Shown one piece after another: positions 19,645 to 30,118 of a stretch of DNA of 64,000 bases. Numbering within the stretch: position 1 is the first letter of the stretch; each line of letters begins with the position of its first letter. The DNA comes from an uncultured Candidatus Binatia bacterium (GTDB taxonomy: Bacteria > Desulfobacterota > Binatia > Bin18). Location of the stretch: assembly GCA_965200965.1 (NCBI GenBank), contig OZ241744.1, positions 2,272,001-2,336,000 on the forward strand, in the 5' to 3' direction. The notes beneath the pieces were generated by a model that saw only the letters and a list, made by a program, of their open reading frames with translations, did no database searches and had not been told where the DNA came from. The position numbers and the translations under genes were made by a program.

Positions 19645-20640
19645 ATGCAGACATTACCCGCCCACGCTCATGAAGTGCCGGCCAACAGTCCTGCCGTTGT
19701 CACCCAGTTTCTTGACGTTGAAACGCCAGAAATGCGCAGCCTGTATGAGAAGGCCAAGCGCGATCAGTGGAACGCCTCAACCGATATTGATTGGGACAGC
19801 GGGCTGGCCCCGGATTGCGCTATTCTGCCCGACGGTCTGATTGACATCTATGGTACGCCGTACTGGGACCGGATGAGCGCCTCTGAGCGGCTGGAACTCA
19901 ACCGCCATTTCTCGGCCTGGCGGATCAGCCAACTCATGTACGGCGAACAGTTCGCCCTGATGGTCTGCGGACAGATCGCTAACGCCGTGCCGGGCATTGA
20001 CGCCAAGTTCTTCATGGCCACCCAGGTGATGGACGAGGCCCGTCATTCGGAGGTGCTGGCCCGCTATCTGTACCAGAAAGTCGGCATCACCTACCCCCTC
20101 GCCTCAAGCCTGAGCGATATGTTTGACCGGGTGCTGGAAAGCCCCCTGTGGTATCTCAAAACGGTCGGCACCCAACTCGTCGCCGAAACCCTGGCCGTCT
20201 CCCTGTTCCGTATGCTGGCCGACCACAGCCCGGACCCGCTGATCAGCCGGATATGCCGTCGCATTCTGTCTGACGAATCGCGGCATATGGGCTTCGGCAT
20301 GTTGAGCCTGCCCGGGCAGGTCGGGGAGTTGCCGGCCCACGAGCGTGAAGAAGCCGAAGACTTCGCCTGTGTGGCGACCGCCGGTCTGCTCCAGGGCCAG
20401 TTCCCGCAGGAAGCCTATGCCGCGGTCGGTTTCGGCAGGGCTGAGATTGCCGACATCAAACAGATGCGCCGTCAGGCCGCGGAGAAGAACGAATATGCCG
20501 CTTTCCGCCAGTATTTCAAGAAAGACTTTCACGCCGCCCTGTGGAGCAATATGAGCAAGGTCGGCCTGCTGAGTCAGCGGGCGATTGACAAGCTGGGCAG
20601 GATGGGTATTTGCGCCCCCGAGCACCAGGCCGCGGCCTAG
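19645..20640 (+). CDS. ferritin-like diiron protein (AurF/aldehyde-deformylase-like)
   Basis: LYEKAKRDQWNA..DIDW; GEQ; paired DEARH and DESRH motifs. Confidence 0.85.
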   Translation: MQTLPAHAHEVPANSPAVVTQFLDVETPEMRSLYEKAKRDQWNASTDIDWDSGLAPDCAILPDGLIDIYGTPYWDRMSASERLELNRHFSAWRISQLMYGEQFALMVCGQIANAVPGIDAKFFMATQVMDEARHSEVLARYLYQKVGITYPLASSLSDMFDRVLESPLWYLKTVGTQLVAETLAVSLFRMLADHSPDPLISRICRRILSDESRHMGFGMLSLPGQVGELPAHEREEAEDFACVATAGLLQGQFPQEAYAAVGFGRAEIADIKQMRRQAAEKNEYAAFRQYFKKDFHAALWSNMSKVGLLSQRAIDKLGRMGICAPEHQAAA

Positions 20641-22049
20641 TCTGGCTCGGGAGAGAGCGGAGCGACCGTTCCGGACCTGGCCGGCCGCGGCCCGGTGTGG
20701 GGCAGGGCAAAAATATCGATCCGCCGCCAGTTGCCCTGTCGAAAGCGCCACCAGAAGCCCAGCCCCAGGACAATCACATTGACCGTTCCGGCCAGCCACG
20801 GGCCGAGCGATTCCAGCCCGGTATAGGCGACACAGCCCAGGCTGAGAGGCGCAAACACACAGACCAGGGCGACAACCGTAAAGCCGGCCGGCCAGTGGGT
20901 GTCGCCCGCGCCTCGCAGCGCACCGAAAAAGGTCATGCCCAAGCCGTCAAACAGTTGGAAGGCGACCGCGCACAACAGCATGTTCGCCCCCAGGTGAATG
21001 ACCAGCGGCTCGGAGCTGAAGACGGCAATCAGGGAAAAGCGCCAGAAGAAAAAGAAGACGCTGACCAGGCCGACGTACAGCAGGCACACGCCCAGCGTCT
21101 CATACACCCGCCGCACTGCGGTCTCCAGGTTGCCCTCCCCGATGTAGCGCCCGACCAGGGCCGACAAGGCCTGCGACAGGCCCATCGCCGGCATGAACGA
21201 GATCATCATGTACTGAATAGCGATATTGCTGGCCGCCAGATGCTCTTTGCCAAAACGGCCCACCAGCATGATGATCAGCAGCCCCCAGCCCAGCATGTCA
21301 AGCACGCCCTGCATTCCGGCCGGCCAGCCGATGTGGAGCAGTTGGCGCGTCTGTATCCAGTCGGGCCGCCAGTTCAGGCGGGTGGAGAACTCAGTCTGGC
21401 AGGACGGCGACAGAAAAACGCCGAGCAGTACCCCGAGCTGGGCCACAAAGCTCAGGACCATCGCCAGGGCTGCCCCGGTCAGGCCGAGCCGGGGGGCACC
21501 CCAATTGCCAAAAATGAAGATGTAGTTCAGGACGATATTGGTGAGGTTGGCGATCAGTACGCCGACCAGGGCAACCGTGGGGCGATGAATGCCGTAGAAG
21601 AAGCCGCTCAAGGCCCCAATCATCACCGCCAGGCCGATACCCCACACCCGCACCCGAAAATAGGCGACTTCAAGAACCAGCACCTCGGGTTCATGGCCGA
21701 ACAGGGCAAAAAAGCCCGGTGCGACCGGCCATAACAGGCCACAGGCGACGCCTACACCAGCGCCAAAATACAGCCCCTGCCAGGCATAGCCGGCCCCGGC
21801 CCGGGGATCATCCCGGCCAACTGCCTGGGCGGCAAAGATACTCACGCAGCGCGTAATGCCCAGCGGCAGGGCGGTAATGGTAAAGGCAATGACTCCGCCC
21901 GGCATGACCGCGGCGACCTCTGCGGTGCCGACCAGGGCCACCATCCAGGTATCGACAAAGCCCATGACGGTGAACGAGGCCATTGAGGCAATAATGGGCA
22001 GGGCCAGGCCGAGGATTTCGCGCAGGCCGGTCCGGGTGGGAAACATCAT
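20637..22049 (-). CDS. MATE family efflux transporter
   Basis: LALPII, FVDTWMV, GAALA and GALRGAGDT motifs; about 12 TM helices. Confidence 0.92.
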   Translation of the reverse strand: MMFPTRTGLREILGLALPIIASMASFTVMGFVDTWMVALVGTAEVAAVMPGGVIAFTITALPLGITRCVSIFAAQAVGRDDPRAGAGYAWQGLYFGAGVGVACGLLWPVAPGFFALFGHEPEVLVLEVAYFRVRVWGIGLAVMIGALSGFFYGIHRPTVALVGVLIANLTNIVLNYIFIFGNWGAPRLGLTGAALAMVLSFVAQLGVLLGVFLSPSCQTEFSTRLNWRPDWIQTRQLLHIGWPAGMQGVLDMLGWGLLIIMLVGRFGKEHLAASNIAIQYMMISFMPAMGLSQALSALVGRYIGEGNLETAVRRVYETLGVCLLYVGLVSVFFFFWRFSLIAVFSSEPLVIHLGANMLLCAVAFQLFDGLGMTFFGALRGAGDTHWPAGFTVVALVCVFAPLSLGCVAYTGLESLGPWLAGTVNVIVLGLGFWWRFRQGNWRRIDIFALPHTGPRPARSGTVAPLSPEPD

Positions 22050-22421
22050 GGAATGTCCGTCAGAAAGTGGCCGCGGAAGAGTATTCCTGAGCTGTTCTTT
22101 TTATAGTAGACTACGCAGCAGCCTGAGACAAAGGACCGGACTGGTGTGGGCGTTGACAATCACACCCCGGGCAGGGGCCTGGTAAGGAATGCGAGCGGTA
22201 TGGCAGACGATATCAGCGTTGCAGAAGACCGGCAATTGAGCCGCTGCCCCACGAGCGGTGTCCCATGCCGGAAGCCTTCCGGGCCGTGCTTGCGGCCGCG
22301 GTCAGGCCGCTGCTGTGTGGGGACCATGATTTCATCTATCACGACTCTCTGACCCTGCTAATCGAGCTGCAGGCCAAGTGCGGGTGCTCCACTTGTCAGG
22401 GGAGCAGCAGGGGAGCAAAGT

Positions 22422-23141
22422 TTGACAGACATCATTTCCATAATCCCGGCGCGTGGAGGTTCCAAGGGGCTTGCCGGCAAAAACATCCGCCCAATGATGG
22501 GAGAGCCGCTGATTGCCCACACCATACGGCATTCTCTGAATTCGAGGCGGGTGGGCCGGACCTTTGTGTCAACTGACAGCGAAGAGATAGGACAGGTGGC
22601 CGTGCAGTATGGCGCGGAAGTCATACGCCGGCCCGCGGCCATCAGCGGAGACCGGGCAAGCTCCGAAGAGGCGCTCCATCACGCGCTCCACAAGCTGAAG
22701 CAGGGGGAAGCGTATGTGCCCGATGTCGTCGTCTTCCTTCAATGTACGTCACCCATACGCGCCGATCACGATATTGATGCCGCTATCGAACTGCTGCTCA
22801 CTTCCAACTCTGACTCGCTGCTGTCTGTTTGCAAATTTCACCGATTCATCTGGAGGCTCAACAGGAATCAGCCCGTTTCCTTCAATTATGATTACCGGAG
22901 TCGTGAATTGAGACAGGCGCGTTCCCTCGAATTCCTGGAGGTCGGCTCCATTTATATCTTCAAACCCTGGGTCCTTGAGCAATACAACAACAGGCTTGGC
23001 GGCCGGATACAGCTCTACGAGCTGGACTGTTTCAGTGCATTGGAAATAGACAGCCTGGAAGATTTTCTGCTGTGTGAGGGTATTATGAAACACCTGCGTG
23101 GCGGAAGTCCACAACGGGTTCAGGAGGAGAGGGATGTCTGA
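22422..23141 (+). CDS. neuA: acylneuraminate (nonulosonate) cytidylyltransferase
   Basis: IIPARGGSKGLAGKN, VSTDS, LQCTSPIR and EIDSLEDF motifs; TTG start. Confidence 0.92.
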   Translation: MTDIISIIPARGGSKGLAGKNIRPMMGEPLIAHTIRHSLNSRRVGRTFVSTDSEEIGQVAVQYGAEVIRRPAAISGDRASSEEALHHALHKLKQGEAYVPDVVVFLQCTSPIRADHDIDAAIELLLTSNSDSLLSVCKFHRFIWRLNRNQPVSFNYDYRSRELRQARSLEFLEVGSIYIFKPWVLEQYNNRLGGRIQLYELDCFSALEIDSLEDFLLCEGIMKHLRGGSPQRVQEERDV

Positions 23142-24003
23142 ATCCATACTGATTGGCAATCGTCCGGTGGGTCACGCGCACCCCTGTTTTATCGTCGGAG
23201 AAATCGGGACAAACCACAATGGGAATCTGGATATTGCGAAGAGACTGATTGACGTTGCCAGGGACGCGGGCTGTGACGCCGTCAAGTTCCAGAAGCGCAC
23301 CCCGGAGATTTGTTCCCCTCGGGATCAATGGGACACGCTTCGTGAAACTCCGTGGGGAACGATGCGGTACATAGACTACCGCGCCCGTGTTGAGTTGTGT
23401 CAGGATGCCTTTTCAGAGATAGACGCGTACTGCCGGGCGAAGGATGTCATGTGGTTTGCTTCCCCCTGGGATATCCCATCTGTTGACTTTCTCTCCCGCT
23501 TCTCTCCCCCGTGCTATAAGATAGCTTCCGCCTGCCTGACTGACGATGCGCTGTTGCGGAAAATCCGGGAGACGGACAGGCCCGTCCTGCTCTCGACCGG
23601 CATGAGCACCCTGGAACAAATCCACCACGCCGTCACACTGCTGGGGACCGGCAAGCTCGTGCTCCTGCACTGCACAAGTGCCTATCCAGCGCAGAACCGG
23701 GAGCTGAATCTGAGGATGATCAGCACCTTGGAGTTGGAGTTCGGCGTTCCCGTCGGGTATTCCGGCCATGAGGGAGGGCTGCAGACAAGCCTGGCAGCCG
23801 CCACTCTCGGTGCCTGCGTCATAGAGCGGCACATTACCTTGGATCGCTCCATGTGGGGAGGCGACCAGGCAGCGTCCGTGGAGCCGCAGGGACTGACCCG
23901 GCTCGTGCGTGATATCAGGATCATCGAATCGGCTCTCGGTGACGGGATAAAGAGGGTCTATGACTCCGAGATGTCCGCAATGGAAAGGTTGCGCCGTGTC
24001 TAG
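23134..24003 (+). CDS. neuB: N-acetylneuraminate (nonulosonate) synthase, short form without SAF/AFP domain
   Basis: GEIGTNHNG, DAVKFQ, LHCTSAYP, GYSGHE and IERHITLD motifs; ends soon after the TIM barrel (289 aa). Confidence 0.92.
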   Translation: MSESILIGNRPVGHAHPCFIVGEIGTNHNGNLDIAKRLIDVARDAGCDAVKFQKRTPEICSPRDQWDTLRETPWGTMRYIDYRARVELCQDAFSEIDAYCRAKDVMWFASPWDIPSVDFLSRFSPPCYKIASACLTDDALLRKIRETDRPVLLSTGMSTLEQIHHAVTLLGTGKLVLLHCTSAYPAQNRELNLRMISTLELEFGVPVGYSGHEGGLQTSLAAATLGACVIERHITLDRSMWGGDQAASVEPQGLTRLVRDIRIIESALGDGIKRVYDSEMSAMERLRRV

Positions 24004-24057
24004 CTGGACAGCGCTTCTTATCTCCGGTGAAAACAGGTTCCTGGGAGGCTCGGCAGA

Positions 24058-25170
24058 GTGAGGGAAAAAACGCTGTACTGGACTGGTACCCCACGCCACT
24101 TCCTCATGTCGGCGGGAATGGCATTGGCAGACCCTCGCCCCTCTGACTCCGACCTGCTTCTGACCTCAAAATACCACTACGTCAAGGAAATACAGAAGGT
24201 TCTCGACGAATGGGTACAGTCTCCATTCTCGTTTGTGAAAATTGTCCAGGAGACCATCAGGACGAATGCTGTGTCACGTCTCTTCCAAATCATCAGGAGC
24301 AACGCGTCCTACCGGAAATTTGCGCATGGGCACAGGTTCAGGGAGATTCGATCGTTCCAGGTCCATACCCACACGGCCCGAGCATTCCTGTATGACCTCA
24401 AACGGCACTCTCCTGAAACCAGACGTGTCATGATTGAGGATGGGGGCCTCTTCTACAACACCCAGCCTCTTTATGGCGACATTGCCGAAGAAACGTATAG
24501 TAGATTGAAGCTGCTGGCAGCCAGGGTACTCTATGGACGAGCCTGGGGGGCCATCAAGGCAAACGGCTTACGCGAAGTTATTGACGAGATACACTTGATC
24601 GCCCCCGAGCTGGTGCGGGGAGAGTGGGTTTCACACAAACTCGTCAAACTTTCACCCGATCCTGTACGCCGACTTGCAGACACAGACCTGCCAGGCATCT
24701 ACCTCAGAACGGCTGGCTCCAGCGTAGAGAAGCTGGCGGATATTGAGTTCCTGATCATCCTCTCAAAGTCGGATGGTGTCGAGAATGATTTAGGAGGGTA
24801 TGTTGGCAGGGTGAATGAGTTATTGCGTACTGCAAGGAAGCGCGGACTCAGGATTGCGGTAAAATATCATCCAAAGGAAGAAGAGTCCGACTATATGGCG
24901 CTGGCGGAGAAGTCGTGGGCCACTGAAATACCCAGGCAACTCCCCATCGAATTGCTGTTTATCATCAATACCAGGAACCTGAAATTCGTTCTGGGAGACG
25001 CATCAACGGGGATTCTGAGCGCGTCGTGGCTCCTTCCGAAGTGCAAATCCATCTCCTTTGCAGACATGGTGAGCAAACGCCCTGAGTTGATGTACCCGGA
25101 TTACAGCGGTTTTGGCATTGACCTGATTCGGAGTGCCCATGATCTCGAAGAGATGCTCCTCAATGCCTGA
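24058..25170 (+). CDS. sialyltransferase/polysialyltransferase-like glycosyltransferase
   Basis: Bacterial sialyltransferase motifs (D/E)DG (MIEDGG) and HP (KYHPKE), plus LPIE and ST; adjacent to neuAB. Confidence 0.7.
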   Translation: MREKTLYWTGTPRHFLMSAGMALADPRPSDSDLLLTSKYHYVKEIQKVLDEWVQSPFSFVKIVQETIRTNAVSRLFQIIRSNASYRKFAHGHRFREIRSFQVHTHTARAFLYDLKRHSPETRRVMIEDGGLFYNTQPLYGDIAEETYSRLKLLAARVLYGRAWGAIKANGLREVIDEIHLIAPELVRGEWVSHKLVKLSPDPVRRLADTDLPGIYLRTAGSSVEKLADIEFLIILSKSDGVENDLGGYVGRVNELLRTARKRGLRIAVKYHPKEEESDYMALAEKSWATEIPRQLPIELLFIINTRNLKFVLGDASTGILSASWLLPKCKSISFADMVSKRPELMYPDYSGFGIDLIRSAHDLEEMLLNA

Positions 25171-25184
25171 GAGCCGCTTTTCTC

Positions 25185-26594
25185 ATGGCACGTTCGTCCA
25201 GGACCGAAGAGAAAGGGGCTTCACTCTTCATTATGAATACCCCCGTCCTGCAAAAAGCTGGCTGCGCTGCCTTTCTCCGCGGTCTGTCAATACGCCTGGG
25301 GATCTCTGCTTCAGACCGGCACGTTGCGCGGCATGCTCTTTGGACGGGTGCCATAATGGCGGTACAGATCCTGGGCGGACTGGTGCAAGTGTCCCTCTCG
25401 GCCAGAACTCTCGGGCCGGAAGGTTTTGGCATCCTGGCCGTCATCATTGCCGTGACCTCTCTCATCCACGGAGTGCTATCCGCACCGGGAGGCAACGCTG
25501 TCACAGCCTTTGTCACGCGAGAGGTGACTAAGGGACGGCCCGATAAGGCGTCCCGCATCCTGCGTTTTACGCTCGCAGTCTCCTTCGGGCTGTCGCTCAT
25601 TGCCTACGCCGTCATCGCCGCCCTCGCTCTCACTGCCAGCGGCCTGCTGGGGATTGACAAAAGCTATGTCGGCGCAACGCTCCTGTACGGTGTTGTGGGC
25701 ATCCTCATGGCTACACACACGGAGACCCTGGCGATGCTGCGGCTGGCCGACCGGGTGTCCCTGGGTCTGGGCGTTACCGCGGCAAGCACAGTGGCCCGGG
25801 TCACCCTGATTACGACAGCATGGTTGACAGACGGCGGTCTGCGGGACATAATCCTGGCACACATTGCCGCCGCGGCGGTGGATGGAGTCGGTCTGTTCAT
25901 TGCCGCGGCGGCAACCACGCGACAGCTAGGCATGACAGACTTCATGCGCTCATTATCGATCAAAGTCCCGCCGGATGTGATAAGATTCCAGACTGGAATA
26001 TTGGGGAGGATGACTACCAGAGCTCTGGTCAATAATATGGACTCCCTGATAGTGGCACAATTGGCTGGCGCATCTGATGTCGGGCTGTACCGTGCTGCAG
26101 GGCGTCTTGCAGACACTGCAAGACGCCCGTTCCAACTGCTGATAGCGGGGATACATCCTGAGTACAGCAGACAATGGTATTCGCGCGAGAGGTCGGCATT
26201 GCGTCGCATGTCGTTGCGATTCTCTTTTTTGTCACTCACATTTGCCACCGCCGAATTCGGTCTGCTTGCTATCTTTTGCGAACCTGTAATCCTCCTCCTT
26301 TTCGGAGACGAATTCCCGGGTGCTGTCCGACCCTTGTTGATTATGCTTCCAGGCGTATTCGCTGTTGCCAGCATTTCAGTGCTCGCCACGCTCCCTGCGG
26401 CGATGGGTCATATCCGGCCGTCGCTGATAGCGGGAATGACAGGATGCCTAGCCTTCCTCGTTGCTATACTCTGGCTGGTGCCGATGTATGGTGTAGAAGG
26501 AGCAGCTTGGGCAAAAACAATACACAACCTGGTCGTCGTCGTGGTTTTAATTGCGTTCCTGATACCAATTCTGCGACAGAGTTTCCGGATATGA
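25185..26594 (+). CDS. wzx: Wzx-type polysaccharide flippase
   Basis: ARTLGPEGFG, VGLYRAA and GVEGAAWA motifs; many TM helices; start uncertain. Confidence 0.8.
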   Translation: MARSSRTEEKGASLFIMNTPVLQKAGCAAFLRGLSIRLGISASDRHVARHALWTGAIMAVQILGGLVQVSLSARTLGPEGFGILAVIIAVTSLIHGVLSAPGGNAVTAFVTREVTKGRPDKASRILRFTLAVSFGLSLIAYAVIAALALTASGLLGIDKSYVGATLLYGVVGILMATHTETLAMLRLADRVSLGLGVTAASTVARVTLITTAWLTDGGLRDIILAHIAAAAVDGVGLFIAAAATTRQLGMTDFMRSLSIKVPPDVIRFQTGILGRMTTRALVNNMDSLIVAQLAGASDVGLYRAAGRLADTARRPFQLLIAGIHPEYSRQWYSRERSALRRMSLRFSFLSLTFATAEFGLLAIFCEPVILLLFGDEFPGAVRPLLIMLPGVFAVASISVLATLPAAMGHIRPSLIAGMTGCLAFLVAILWLVPMYGVEGAAWAKTIHNLVVVVVLIAFLIPILRQSFRI

Positions 26595-27643
26595 CGAATG
26601 CAGGCACAACAGATCTTCACCAACCTGCGGATGGAGCGGTCGACATCTGCATTTTCTTCGACACGGTCAATCTACCCGGGGGCGGAGGAAACCAGTTTCT
26701 AAGGAGTCTCGCGTCCGAGTTTACTTGCTTGGGTCATAGAGTCACAAACCGGCCTGCGCCGGAAACCCAGGTGATTTTGGTCAATGGCTTCAACTATGGC
26801 ATAAACAGGCATTTGCGCCCCGGCCAAGTCGCCCAAATGAGGCAGACGGGAAAAATGACACCGCTGGGAAGAGTGCTCCCTTCATGGCTGTACAGGCCGC
26901 GCAAGCGAAAGGGGCCTGTCCTGATTCACCGGGTTGACGGAGTGCCTGAACTGGTGCGTGGACACAGGAGCAGGGCGGACCGGGTCCAGCCGGCGGTGAA
27001 TCGCTTGACCGACTGCACGATTTTCCAGACCGGGTATTGCGTGACGAGTTTTGCCGAGCACGCTGCGGTCGCCCCCTCAAAGTGGTGTATCATCAAGAAC
27101 GGTGTTGACCCGAGGGTGTTTTACCCGGACCCGAATAACACATGGAGCGCAGGCCGGCTTCGTCTTGTAGCGGTCTCCTGGTCATCAAATTCCCGCAAGG
27201 GCTTCGCTACCCTGGCCGATGTATCACGTCTGCCGGGTGTGGAGTTGAGGTTCGTGGGCAACTGGTGTCCTGACATTCCCCATGCGAATGTGAAGCTAGC
27301 CGGTACGCTACGGTCTCAAGACCTTGCTGAGGTCCTGCGTTCTTCCCATGCTATGATCCACGCCGCATGGAACGAACCCTGTTCCAACGCCATCGTGGAG
27401 GCAATGGCGTGCGGTCTTCCTGTCATTTACCGCGATTCCGGGGGCAACCGGGAACTGGCGGGTGAGTATGGGACACCGATAACCGAAAACCTGCCAAGTG
27501 TGCTGGACAATCTGAGGAACCGCTACATTGGCTTACGCTCCAAAGTGTTGCAAGATAGAGATGCCTTCCTCATTACCCGAGCCGCGAAAGAATATGTGGG
27601 GGTGTTCCAGCACGCAATATGCCACAGGAGACAATTCAAATGA
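26591..27643 (+). CDS. glycosyltransferase family 4
   Basis: GGGNQF, IKNGVD and EPCSNAIVEAMACGLPVI motifs; ATGA overlap. Confidence 0.88.
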   Translation: MTNAGTTDLHQPADGAVDICIFFDTVNLPGGGGNQFLRSLASEFTCLGHRVTNRPAPETQVILVNGFNYGINRHLRPGQVAQMRQTGKMTPLGRVLPSWLYRPRKRKGPVLIHRVDGVPELVRGHRSRADRVQPAVNRLTDCTIFQTGYCVTSFAEHAAVAPSKWCIIKNGVDPRVFYPDPNNTWSAGRLRLVAVSWSSNSRKGFATLADVSRLPGVELRFVGNWCPDIPHANVKLAGTLRSQDLAEVLRSSHAMIHAAWNEPCSNAIVEAMACGLPVIYRDSGGNRELAGEYGTPITENLPSVLDNLRNRYIGLRSKVLQDRDAFLITRAAKEYVGVFQHAICHRRQFK

Positions 27644-28362
27644 TAACACGGCTTACCGATCTGGTGATACGAAAACTGCTCGAGGCGAAGCGAGGACTGC
27701 GGTTCCTGATCTATAAGACATCCGAAGCCGATGTTATGAAAAGGTTTCATATGACGTACTATCACCAGGGGAGAGAACGCGGTCTTACTTGGAAAAAAAC
27801 CTGCTGGCTGGGTACACAGGTCCTGAAGTGTCCCTTTGATCTCTGGATATATCAAGAGATTATTCATAGAATCAAACCCGACCTTATCATCGAGACCGGC
27901 ACCTTCAAAGGAGGCTCGGCCTTGTTTATGGCTTCTATCTGTGATATCTGCGGTACAGGGCAGATAGTATCAATTGACATAAAGCCCGCTTATGAAAGAC
28001 CCAATCACGAACGGATAACATACCTAACAGGCTCCTCAACTTCTGAGTCCATCGTCACTACTGTGAAGGAGTTGGCACGAGATGCAAAAACCGTTATGGT
28101 TCTGTTGGACTCTGCCCACGAAAAGAACCATGTACTCAACGAGCTTCAGGTCTACGCTCCACTGGTAACATTGAACAGTTATCTTATAGTTGAGGATACC
28201 CATTTAAACGGCAATCCAATCCGCTCGGATTTCGGCGACGGTCCAATGGAAGCGGTTACAGAGTTTCTCCAAACCAATTCGTCTTTCAGAAAGGATCCCA
28301 TTGACCGAAAATTCCTCCTGACCTTCCATCCAGGTGGATATCTGGTTCGTGTGAAAGGATAG
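27640..28362 (+). CDS. CmcI / rhamnosyl O-methyltransferase family protein
   Basis: WLG..LKCPFDLWIYQE, IIETGT..GGSA, LDSAH and YLIVEDT motifs. Confidence 0.9.
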   Translation: MITRLTDLVIRKLLEAKRGLRFLIYKTSEADVMKRFHMTYYHQGRERGLTWKKTCWLGTQVLKCPFDLWIYQEIIHRIKPDLIIETGTFKGGSALFMASICDICGTGQIVSIDIKPAYERPNHERITYLTGSSTSESIVTTVKELARDAKTVMVLLDSAHEKNHVLNELQVYAPLVTLNSYLIVEDTHLNGNPIRSDFGDGPMEAVTEFLQTNSSFRKDPIDRKFLLTFHPGGYLVRVKG

Positions 28363-28364
28363 AT

Positions 28365-29468
28365 ATGCTCCGTTTTCTGAACCGGATTCTGTCGAAAAAA
28401 CCAGAGGAGGCCCGAGTCGAGATACCAGTACAAATAGCCGTCATCGGCTTAGGTGCCATGGGACAACGGAATTTGAGACATATCAAGAAGTCTCACAATT
28501 TCCGTTTAGTCGGTGTTCAGGACCTGAGAAGAGAGGTTGCGGAAACAATCGCACGAAGCTCCAGAGTCAAAGCCTATGATGATATTGACTCCTGTTTAGA
28601 CGACTCAGAGAGTGAAGCGATATTCGTATGTACCCCACATCACCTTTTGGCTGACATGGGGCTGAAAGTTTTAGAATCTGGTAAGCATTTGCTTATAGAA
28701 AAACCAATGGCCATGAATACACGATCAGCGGATACATTGATTGAATCAAGCAGGGAACGGGATCTCTTGATATCGGTAAATTACTCGAGGGTCTTTACCG
28801 ATGCCCTTCGTTCAGCCAGGCATTTAATCGAGTCAGGGGCTGTGGGGAATTTGATAGGTGTGGAAACGAGGTGGAATGGGTATAAATCCATCGGTTATTA
28901 CTATGGATCACGCAGCCCGGTGCCTGACGACTGGCGTCTCAATAAAAGCAAATCAGGTGGAGGTATGCTGATGATGACCACTTGCCACGCCTTACACTAT
29001 GTACCACATATTACTGGTGCCAGAGCTGAAACAGCATCTGCTCTGATTCCCTCCTATTCTCCGTTCCTGACGGACATCGAGGATACAGTACAGGGGATAC
29101 TGAAGTTCGAAGATGGTGCGGTCTGGACAATTTTGACTTCAAGCAGTCAGAGAGGAACACAGATAAATGACACCACGATTTGGGGGGGCAACGGAACAAT
29201 CGTAGTGAATAATGATCGAGTTCGATATTATTCAACGCGAATTATAAATGGTAAAAGGCCAGGTATCTGGCATGTCAACAAGACCCCTGATTCTGAGATT
29301 TATTTTGACCGTTGGTTGGACAACACCGCGCTTGCCATCAGACAAGGCAGACCTTTGGAAATAAGTCCAGAAAGCGCTCGAGAGACTCTGGCTGTCATTG
29401 AAGCACTCTATCGTAGTGCTGGATCGAGGTCTCTGGTCACGGTTGGCAGAACGAGTACAGACATATGA
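28365..29468 (+). CDS. Gfo/Idh/MocA oxidoreductase
   Basis: GLGAMG, TPHHL, HLLIEKPMA and SGGG motifs. Confidence 0.9.
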   Translation: MLRFLNRILSKKPEEARVEIPVQIAVIGLGAMGQRNLRHIKKSHNFRLVGVQDLRREVAETIARSSRVKAYDDIDSCLDDSESEAIFVCTPHHLLADMGLKVLESGKHLLIEKPMAMNTRSADTLIESSRERDLLISVNYSRVFTDALRSARHLIESGAVGNLIGVETRWNGYKSIGYYYGSRSPVPDDWRLNKSKSGGGMLMMTTCHALHYVPHITGARAETASALIPSYSPFLTDIEDTVQGILKFEDGAVWTILTSSSQRGTQINDTTIWGGNGTIVVNNDRVRYYSTRIINGKRPGIWHVNKTPDSEIYFDRWLDNTALAIRQGRPLEISPESARETLAVIEALYRSAGSRSLVTVGRTSTDI

Positions 29469-30118
29469 AGGAACATAATTCCTTAGTCGAATCAATTAAT
29501 TTGAGTGGAATCTCATCTTCTTTCAGCAAAGAAATTATTCGGATATCGTTGTGGAATAACGGATTCTCCGGTGAGTTTTTTGTGAACTTTGATTGTGGAG
29601 AGAGCGAATTGTCCAGGATACAGCCTCCTCCAGGCTATGAGAGTACACTGTGGGGGGTCTACTTGATTGCAATGCATTTGGCTGACCAGGCTCAACTGAA
29701 TCTGGGCTACTCTGTTGCGGTCGAGGGATCCCATCTGATCGATGATGCGATCAGGACTCTCTTGAGTTGTCAAAAGAGTATCAGGATAGTGTCTTCAGGA
29801 AGAGAAAACGGACTATCTGTAGATACATTTATTGGGTGTTCGCTCCCTGCTTTGGCGAGGGTACTACCGACAATGTCCAGGTATGGAATGATATTCTTAC
29901 CATGCAGTAATTTTTCTGACGCTCAAAATCTCAATATCTATTCTACCATTCATCGAAATGGCCTTAGAGTATACGCCGCGAAGCTTGGATATAACATGAT
30001 ACACCAGCTCCCCAAATTGAATCAAAGACTCCAGAGACTGATGACGAGATGTGGGCATCTGTCTATCGTATTTCAGAAACAGAGATCAAACCCTGAAACG
30101 AGGTGGCATCTTGAGTAG
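29465..30118 (+). CDS. hypothetical protein
   Basis: 217 aa ORF overlapping both neighbours in the operon; no family recognised. Confidence 0.5.
   Translation: MKEHNSLVESINLSGISSSFSKEIIRISLWNNGFSGEFFVNFDCGESELSRIQPPPGYESTLWGVYLIAMHLADQAQLNLGYSVAVEGSHLIDDAIRTLLSCQKSIRIVSSGRENGLSVDTFIGCSLPALARVLPTMSRYGMIFLPCSNFSDAQNLNIYSTIHRNGLRVYAAKLGYNMIHQLPKLNQRLQRLMTRCGHLSIVFQKQRSNPETRWHLE

Noticed and set aside
22050-22421. Long leader before neuA as ncRNA, JUMPStart/ops site or small gene
   Set aside because: No ops/JUMPStart consensus or convincing structure. The TTGACA at ~22153 lacks a matching -10, and the short ORFs have no recognisable features.
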